From Guillardia theta CCMP2712 (Eukaryota; Protista; Cryptophyta): a stretch of 64,000 bases of DNA. Each line of letters opens with the position of its first letter. Within the stretch, counting starts at the first letter, position 1. The DNA lies in assembly GCF_000315625.1 (NCBI RefSeq), contig NW_005434632.1, positions 157,901 to 221,900 of the forward strand, written 5' to 3'. Shown one piece after another: positions 36,870 to 45,764 of this stretch. Under the pieces are notes generated by a model. That model was not told the origin of the DNA and made no database searches. It was given only the letters and a program-made list of their open reading frames with translations. The translations under genes and the position numbers were made by a program.

Positions 36870-37960
36870 CATTAGGACCCATGGCTTGGCCCCGGCCTCC
36901 TACCTCACAGATTCGGATGGGCCAACGTCGGAGCTGGCTCCCCGCGGCCCCTCCGATTCTCAGGGCCTCATTGGGCGGGAGTCAGAGTGACAGTCAAACC
37001 GGGGGTGTGGCACGCCGCGCCGCGCCGGCCGGCGCGGCCGGCCGGCCGGGGGCACCGTGCAGTGCCACTGCAGCGGCCCACTGGCGCCACGGTGGGGCCA
37101 GCCTGTGGGCCGCACTCAGGCTCGGAGGCTCGCCGCTGTCACAGTGTCGAGGCGCCTTTCAAGTTGCTCTTCCGACGAGACGCCGTTTGGCCCGGCCAGT
37201 CCCCGCGCGGCGGGGGGCCCGGCCGTTGCCGCGCTCACTGCGGCCGCCGCAATGCCCCGGCCTTTACTCAAAGCCAGTCACTACGGAACTTAAGTCAAAG
37301 ATCAGTACGAGGACACTTGACTCAGCCTGGCAGGAAAGCCTCGCCGGAGGACAGTGGGGACCCGGCTGATCGGACACTCAGTGTCGGCCGCGGGCCGCGT
37401 TCAATGATGAGTCTATCACCGTGCCTGCCGGCCCGGCGGCTGCCCGGTGCCAGTACCATTCCCAGGGCCGATCCGTGACTCGGCTGTCCGAACTCCGAGG
37501 ACGTCCGTAAGCCTCAGGGCCTAGGGCCCGGCCGCCGCCAGGCTCATCCCGACCGTTCACGCACCGTTTGTCGGACTCCCGAATAAAGCAGTGATGACGG
37601 TCGGACGGGCCCGGGGCGTGGCAGGCTGGCTCACTGATTGTTCTCCTTAACCGTTTGAGTAAACAAGTTCTCAGTCTCGTGCTCAGCCGGGCCGGGCCGA
37701 TTTTTGGAGTCACTGTCAAGTTTGCCGGCCCGGCTGACCTTCGGGAAGTTCACGGTGGCACGGTACGGTACCGGCGGTCCGTCAATACGGTCGGGCCCCG
37801 CCCGGCCGGCACCGTTCCGCTGAGGCTGCCGAGTCCGAAGTCAAGTGGACTACAGGCCGGGCTATGCCTGAAGCCTCGACGGCCGCTTGATTGTCCGCGA
37901 CGGGCCCTGACCGTGACCGTCAGTTGCAGCCGGGGAAGTCCGTATCTAAACATAGCATAG
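36870..37960. repeat. GC-rich island 5 with interrupted core (37262-37315) and an inverted, internally deleted core (37634-37663)
   Basis: ctttactcaaag[ccagtcactacggaac]ttaagtcaaagatcagtacgaggaca; reverse strand tttactcaaacggttaaggagaacaatcag. Confidence 0.75.
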
Positions 37961-38161
37961 AATCAAGATTGGGTTGAAAGGTCGGGGTATTTCATTCAGA
38001 TTTGACTGAGTGAAGTGCCTGGAGGCTGTTGGCTTTCTTTTTTTCTCGGGAGCTCGAAACCTCTCCCTTCCGAGGCCTTCTCTTCCTTGCTGACACTTCT
38101 GTCTCTAAATATACCCTCTTCTCCTACCCCTCCCCCCTCCTTGCTCCTCCCCTCCCGCCCC

Positions 38162-38168
38162 TATATAA
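38162..38168 (+). promoter_or_regulatory. TATA-box candidate for 38325..38705
   Basis: tatataa in a pyrimidine-rich context ~160 bp upstream of the ATG; the paralogues have an equivalent element. Confidence 0.55.
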
Positions 38169-38324
38169 CCTCCCTCCTCTCCCTTCCCACCTCCATTACT
38201 TCCACGCCCTCTCACCCCTCAGCTCTCAGCCGACCTCTCGCTGCTCTCAGTGCTTCCCAGCCAGCCTCCCTGTGACCTCCTGTATCGCTTCCTACCCACA
38301 CCTTCCACAACCCCAACATCGCCA

Positions 38325-38705
38325 ATGTCGACCAACCCCGTTTTCGCCATCGCCCAAGCCAAGCACGACGTGCTCATGTCGCAGATGCCTCATCCTGCTA
38401 CTGGCGCCGTGATGCCGCACCAGGTCCCCGCCCAGGCCCGTCTCATCGCCCTCGACTCCGTCGTCCACGCTCCGTCCCTCCACTTGGCCGCCCCGCATCC
38501 GGCGCTGGCCGAGATGCAGCCTAGGGCGCACGCCCCGGTGCATGCGCGGAGGTACGTGGAGGTGGCGAAGACGGAGGCCTTCCACGAGGTCCTCGCCACG
38601 GCTGCTCACCACCGCCTCGACCTCGCCGAGAAGCCCATCGCGACCCCCTTCGAGGTATCCCTTGCGAGCAAGAAGACCTTCTACAGGCACCTCTTTGGCA
38701 TGTAG
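38325..38705 (+). CDS. Small His/Pro/Ala-rich orphan protein (126 aa), copy 2
   Basis: Identical to copy 1 except R->H near the C-terminus (FYRHLFGM*); AATAAA at 38839-38844. Confidence 0.8.
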   Translation: MSTNPVFAIAQAKHDVLMSQMPHPATGAVMPHQVPAQARLIALDSVVHAPSLHLAAPHPALAEMQPRAHAPVHARRYVEVAKTEAFHEVLATAAHHRLDLAEKPIATPFEVSLASKKTFYRHLFGM

Positions 38706-39379
38706 GAGAGCCGGAGGGAGAGGATCAAGGAAGGCACGCCGGGAGTACAAGAGGCCGGAGATATCACCCGTGGCACTCCTCCCTTGCCTGCCCCGAGACC
38801 TGCTGATGTGTATGCCGAGGATGATTTTGTTTGATGTCAATAAAGCATGTTTGTATTGATTTTCGGATCGCTTTGGCTAGGGGGTTGCAAGTAGTGCTTT
38901 GACCACTGATTACAATGGCCATGCGATGCACTTCTTGTTGCCCACCCACAGTTGATGTTTTCAAATGCAACTCTTGCATTTGTAATGGGATGCGAGCAAG
39001 TTTTTATGTGTTCTTATTTACTGATCGTGTGATTGTTGTGTCTGTTTTTGTTTTGAAGATGTCTTGAACAATTCAATGCATCCTACCAAAGTGGTGAATT
39101 TGCACACGGGTCTCTACTTGTTTGACTTGAATCGTTAGCTTCCAAACATCGCATGTTAGTGCCCTTATTTCAAAATGATGATTGGTCATCTTCTCAGCAC
39201 GCTCATTTGAACCTAGCTCCTCGATCCACCCAAGTACCCGTCAACCCCCCCCCCCTTTCTAAAAAACAAACCATGAAACTCGTACTTAGTTCCCTCCTGC
39301 TTACAATCACGTTCTCTCTATCTCTGCAGCCGTGCACAACTCTTCATAGATCAACAAGTTTATTCCTTCCATGACTTCT

Positions 39380-39960
39380 CATACTTGGAGCATCTTTCCC
39401 TCGCGGAGAGATCGCAATTCAAGCAGCAATTCCAGATCCGGATAGAAATACGTAGAGACAAAGTTAATATTCCGAGGCTTCTTGTGCCTTGTACAACCTG
39501 TGTCCCGGACGCAGTCAGATTTGCATTTAACCACGTGCAGGGGTCCTGCCTGCAGCTTGGGATTTGGAAGGAGGAGGAGAGAAGTGGTCTGTAGGCTTTA
39601 AACTAAACTCGCATGAGAAAGGAACATGCCTCGGTGTACAGACACTATGAACACGTGCCTCGATGAATGTCTTAGTTAGCAAACATGTACCAAATAAACT
39701 CTGAAATCATTTCTGCTGTTCTATGATGAGGATGAGTATGGTACCAAACAGCGATGTCGTGTTCACACAGACGTCCTGTTTGCTGCCAGTGACCACAAGG
39801 AGTGCAATACTTGTTATTCATCCACACTCTGTTCTCCTTGCGTTCCTCGGAGTCTGGAGAATCACCCTGTACTACCCATTGGGCATCCGACAGTGCGCTG
39901 GTAGTGAAATACTCATGAGCGGGGGGATTGACCTCATGCGATTCCACCATTGCACTGTCA
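39380..39960 (-). mobile_element. Degenerate Mutator-like (MULE) transposase remnant with SWIM zinc finger
   Basis: KYCTPCGHWQQTGRLCEHDIAV resembles the MULE SWIM consensus CxCxxWxxxGxPCxHxxAV; a downstream PP..GR segment is broken by stops. Confidence 0.45.
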
Positions 39961-40705
39961 AAGTCTAGTCGTGTGCGAGCAAGCTATGTAAAGGTCAGCA
40001 TTACACATCGGCATGCCTCACATTGTGGTTTATTCTCTTGAGTATGCAACTCCCGCCATCCTGCATTGCGACAAGGGGAATGCAAGGTCTACATTGACTT
40101 GTTAAAGTTTGAGTTTTTGGTTTCTGTGAAATCTTCTTCTCAGCTTTCAAATGTTATTGAGCGGTTCTACAACTTTTCGACTGTTCCTTTTCAAAATCTC
40201 TGAGGCGGAGATGGATTGTATCGGTTGACTTATAAGTGAGGACAGCCACCCAATGCGATAGTGGCGCCTGCGCACTTTGCCGAATGCGAGGGAGAGGCAG
40301 GGGGAGGAGAAGAAGGGGGGCGGGGGAGAGAAGCGGGAACATGTCAGAGTAGTCGCTCTTGTGCATGCTTGATCAGTGTGGACTCGTTGTGCCATCGATA
40401 CAGCTTTCTGAGGGGCTATGGGCAGTTAGGACTGCTCGCCGCATCGACGTTGAGTTATCGATGCCTTTGAGGGGCCAGACGTTGATAGAGAGCATGCGAT
40501 AGGTAGGAAGCAGACCATGTATGATCGATCACATGGGCGAAGGAGAATACAAGTATCTCGGAATGCGCTTGTCTTTGCTCAATGTGAAAGATGTTGGCCG
40601 TTCCTGACTACCTTTAGTAGCGGAAAGGTTTCTTTTCAGCAAGGAACTCGGGTTGAAGCCACGCTGAGACGATGAAAGCATAGCTCTTGCACGACACCTT
40701 CTACC

Positions 40706-42631
40706 ATGATCCCTTCTTTCCGCGTCCAGTCTCCGCGCGTCCTTTCCATCCAATCTCATACAGTACATGGGTGAGGGAATATGCTGAGAGTAGTGCAGGA
40801 TTTGACCTGCTGTTGGGCAGGTATGTGGGCAACAAGAGTGCAGTATTCCCCATGCAAACGCTGGGGATCGAGGTAGACTTCGTCAACTCTGTTCAGTTCT
40901 CCAACCACACGGGATACCCGACATGGACGGGTAGGGGGACCCAGCTTCTCGCCAATTCCAGGGAGGTGATGAATGTTACCAGGAAAGGCTCTCGATGGGG
41001 ACGATCTGAGTGAATTGATCCGAGGGCTGAGATCCAACGGACTTCTGAAACACACACACCTCCTTACAGGTCAGCCCTGCGCTGTGACGTACCCAGCTCA
41101 TAGCAGTGGCAGGCTACATGCGGTCGGCGTCGCTGATCCGTTGCGTGATGGAAACACTGGACGAGCTGAGGAAGGAAAATGGCCAAGTGATCTATGGCAA
41201 GCTTCTCTCTCTCGCCGCACGACCGTTCCCCCTTGCATCCCCCCCTCCCCCCCCCGCACACACACCTTCCCCTCCCCCTTCCTCATTCCTTTTCTCGGTC
41301 CCTCCCTTTCTCCGTCTCTCCCTCTCGCTCCCATTCATCCACGTTTGGCTCCTTCCTCTTTTCCACTCTCCGACCCGCCCCCCAGCTCTCCCTTCTCCTC
41401 TTTCCTTCTCCTTCTGCTTGCGATCTCCTTCATGACTTTTCTCACAGTCTGCGACCCCGTGATGGGCGACAACGGTCAGCTATACGTGCCGCAGGAGATA
41501 GTGTCTGTCTATCGCGATGAGGTGGTCCCAAAGGCCACGATCTTGACGCCGAACCAGGTCTGATCGTGGTTTTGCCTGTCAGTTGGCATGACGATCTCGT
41601 AGTTCGAGGCAGAAGTTCTGACAGGAGTGAAAATCTCCGACATCAGCTCAGCTGTCAAGGCGATTGACATTCTGCACGAGCGGGGAGTTCAGTGCGTCGT
41701 CATCACAAGCATGCACCTGGAGGGATCGGACTCTATCTTCCTGCTCGCCTCTCTCTCCTCCTCCTCTCAGCCTCCCCAGAGACTCAAGATCACGATTCCC
41801 AAGCTAGAGGCAACCTTCACGGGCACGGGAGATATGGTGTCGACCTTGCTATCTTTTCTCCTCTCACCGCTCTTTCTCCGCTCCCTCCTCGCTCCCTCCT
41901 CCTTCCCTTTTCGCCACAGTTCCGTCCCTTCTGTTGGTCCGTTCCAACCATTTCTGTCCCACCTCCTACCTCTTGCTCCTTCTCTCCTCCGCCTCCTGCT
42001 CTGACGATCTGACATTGGTGCCTAGCTTGCAGCCCTCATACTCTCATGGTTTCAGCTTACCGATGATCTCAAGACTGTCATAGAGAATGCTACTGCAACC
42101 TTGCAGGTAACAGAGGGACACGGGAAGACAGGGGGGCGTGTGCAGAAGAGAAAAGGAATGGGGAGAAGAGCAGTGAATAGTGTTGGAGGGAGGGGTTGTA
42201 GGTTGGTGGGAAGGAGAGTGGCAAGAGAAAGGTATCGCAGGGCAGTGCGAACGAGGGCATCGAGAAGAGAGCGAGGGGTCGAACACAACGGATGATGACA
42301 CTGCTGAGCTAACAGGCTGTCCTTGCCAACACGGTGAAGCTTCAGAGTAAAGAGCTTCAGCTCATCTATAGCCGCAAAGAAATTTCAGACCCTCAGGTGA
42401 GCTGGCTGGGTGGTTGGGGTCAGGAGCGAGGGAGCGAAGGAGCGGAGGAGGCAAGCGGGGAAGGAGCTGAAAAGGGATAATGGAAGAAGGAGAGACTTGA
42501 GGGAGAGGAGAGGGTCGTAAAAGGACAGAAACGCTTCTGCGCCATGAGGACAAGCTCTCTGATGTTGGGAAAGGCAACGAACGTGAGCGAGGGACTTGTA
42601 GATCAAGAGCGTTAGGACCTTCAGGATTTAG
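40706..42631 (+). CDS. pdxK: Pyridoxal kinase, multi-exon (start approximate)
   Basis: [81 protein letters not shown]; last exon IKSVRTFRI* ends at 42631. Confidence 0.95.
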
Positions 42632-43085
42632 TGTCAGGGGCTGAGTGCAGAGTGAGGATCTGAAAGAAGGAGAACGGGAGAGGGAGGAAAGAGATGGCAA
42701 AGGGGGTGAGGAGGAGCAGGAACGGGGCACGACGCACGGTGTAAGCTAAGGATCTCGCAGGTGCCCGACTGGCTCCGTGCAGAAAGTTTGAGCTCGTGAA
42801 AGGAGGTGGGATAACTGCGGCATGCAGATAAGCTGAATTCTTCTCAAGAAATTTCACTTCTTTCACTAATTGAAAGTTACTGTACTGAGGAGAGAGTGAG
42901 TTTAGGGGGAGATTGGGACGCAACAACAAAGGGAGATGCCAATGAAACACAGAAAAGGAAATAGGAGGAGAAGTCATGAAGTAAGGGAGGAAGGTAGGAA
43001 GAGGATGGGATTGCTAAAAAAAACAGTAGCAGAATAGATAAGACAAGGAGGAAAAACACAGAGGATGGTGTCTTGCTTCAAGCTA

Positions 43086-44330
43086 CTATGCGTAAAAGCG
43101 CCAACTCCCTATTATCAGTTGCAACAAAGGTCATGAAGGCGATCTTCATCAAGAGGTATTCTCACCGTACTCCTGCGCCTTCTCGACCTTCATATCCTGA
43201 GTCATCCACGACTGCAGACTCTTATGCTGCCGCTCTGAGTCTGTCTGGAACATCCAGCCCCGAACCGTCTGCTCACCGTTCCCAACTTCCTCCTCGCTAC
43301 ATTCTGACAGAAAGTTATGCTCAGTGCGATTGTGCAGAAGAATGAGTACGCTTCAAGTCTTGATCAGGAATGTACTCCCCCACTTGCTGGCCTCTAGTCA
43401 GACAGACCTTCACTTGCATGTACCTGCACAGGGCAAGTCAAACGCAGGTCAAGACTTCAGCATTCTCCAGTACCTCGGTGCCACCCTCCTCATCCTGTGC
43501 GACACGACGCCTGGGGATCCAGAGGACAAGACGAGAGGATGGAAGCCGTATCCCCCACTTTCCTCCTGATCCCCTGCCAGCTTCTCCATGATCGCCACCG
43601 TCTCTTGTCTTAGGAAAGTCAGCTTCACTTCAGTCCCGACCTTGCCAGTGATGAGAGTAGCGATCTGACGACACTGCTCACAACAGACGCAACTTGGGGA
43701 GGACAACTACCTGCGACCGGGGCATGCCGTCCACGATGACGTCATCGACCATGTGCAGTATGTCACCTTTCTCCAACGTCCCGCAGGCAAACGATGAGCT
43801 GCCCCTCACGAACCCGTGTACGAGAAGTTGGGACCCTCGCTGATCCAGCACCAGTCCAACTCCTACCGATCCTTCCCTCCCGGCCTGAGTCTGCCTCTCC
43901 TCCTGGGTCCACCTGCCATGCTGTAAGCAGTTGGACAGAATGAAAGTCTTCCTTACTGTCTCTCGATCATACGAGGAGAGAACATCTCCGATCTCAAGTA
44001 CCTGAACAGGGCATGTTATGTGAAGGAGCAAGAGGAGGTATGCACAGTCATCCAACCTTGGTGACATCATCCCAACAGCCACGAACTCATCGCTGAAGGA
44101 TCCTACTGAGAACCTATGCTCATCATACACAGCCTTCCCCCTTTCGAATCCGTCGCACAACAGGTCCTGACTTCCCCGTCCGCCCCCATGCTCCCTCCCG
44201 CTGAAACCGCAATCCCCGCTCATGGGTTGCGAGCCTGTCACGAGAAGACTTCAAGTCATCTGCCTTCAGAGGCGTTAACACAACATCTGAGGTGCAGCGA
44301 GTGCAGCACAACGACGATTAAGGTGAGGAT
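43086..44330 (-). CDS. PDZ-domain protein, multi-exon (start approximate)
   Basis: GVGLVLDQRGSQLLVHGFVRGSSSFACGTLEKGDILHMVDDVIVDGMPRSQ|IATLITGKVGTEVKLTFLR is a canonical PDZ pattern. Confidence 0.7.
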
Positions 44331-45764
44331 TGCTTCATGCCGCCTTCACTGGGCAGCCGTAGAATCAAGCCCTGCATCCCAGCTCAGATGTCGCTGTGTT
44401 CAGCCCGGTTCGACTTGAAAGCATCTGCACGATCTCTTGTCCTTCTCCGTCGTTTGGCTTCTTTCACATTCTTATTCCCTCTTATTTCTCATCATCTCCT
44501 TCTCGTCTAACACGTTTACAATTCCCCATCATTATCAAATTACATCCAGACCCTTACCTGTACGACTACATCTCTGAGCTTGTTTACCTTCTGTGTTCAT
44601 TTTACGTCCCTTTTTATAATCGTATCTCTTCTGCAACGCCTGCTTCCTTTCCCCGCTCTTTCGCGTCGAGCAACAACAGCACTCCCTTCGTCTAGACCTC
44701 CTCCTCTACCATCTCCTTCTCCTCACTCTCCTTCCCCGTCACTTTTTATTGACTTCTCCTGCCATGTTACTTGTCATCCCTTTCATCACCGCGTCTTTCC
44801 CTTCCTCTCCTTCATTGTATCCCTCCCGTCAACCCCATTTCTGTTCCTCCCCACTAGTCGTTCCAGCATCGACTCTTCCCGACTCCGTCTTCTGACCACC
44901 CCCTAGTTCGGTACTACCCCACCAGCATTTCATTGATTTCATTAGACTACCCGTCTATCTATCTTTGTTATAACCCGTACTTTTTCCGCCGTTGGCCAAT
45001 GGCAACTATGTGGGATAACCCCACCCCCTGTTTTTCAATCCGCATTGTGCCCAGCAGGTCGGATCTTCTGAACCTATAGAGCATTTGATGTCGCTGAATT
45101 GTTGCTATATAATCAATGAGGCGAGCTTGAATTGTTTTTTTTTTAGTAGGGAGCTCAGTATTGGGATATGGTGGGGTGGGGTTCGGAACATAATAGAAAA
45201 GGGTGGGTGATCAGCAGTATGAAGATGGGTAGGGGGTCTACATGCAGGGGTAGGGTGGCGAAAGTTGTTTCACTTGACAGCTTTGACCCGTGCCACAGTC
45301 ACCCAAGTTGGAATGGCAGAAGTTGACTGCAATGGCGGGAGAAAGAGGAGAGGAGGGGGAGGGGAACTAGCAGTTCGCATGCATGCATTGCTGTGTAGCT
45401 GCGTTGTGTTGCAAGACGAAGTGGAATAGCCTTTCAGCATGATTCTCTCACCGTCTATGCGAAGAATATTTTTTTTAAACATGCATGCGCTGCTCGCACT
45501 GCCCGTGGTGCACCCTCGTGCAGATGTTGGTCATGATATGCACGACTCCATCATTTTGCCTAGATGGATGGGTCCTCTCGTTTCTTGAATGACGGTCCGA
45601 GTGTTTTGCTCCAGGGGCTGGTCCTTTCTTGCGTGATTTATATGGACATTTCTTCGAGACTCTGACGTTGGAAGCAGGTCACTTCCTAGCCCGGGTGGAA
45701 TGTATCTCCTCTCCCACACATGACGAGGAGCTGAGATCCATTGCTCTGAAGACATATCCAAGTC

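Noticed and set aside
43086-44241. Gamma-glutamylcyclotransferase-like fold around the PDZ domain
   Set aside because: Only a faint C-terminal resemblance (GSWRFY); the YGTL motif is absent.
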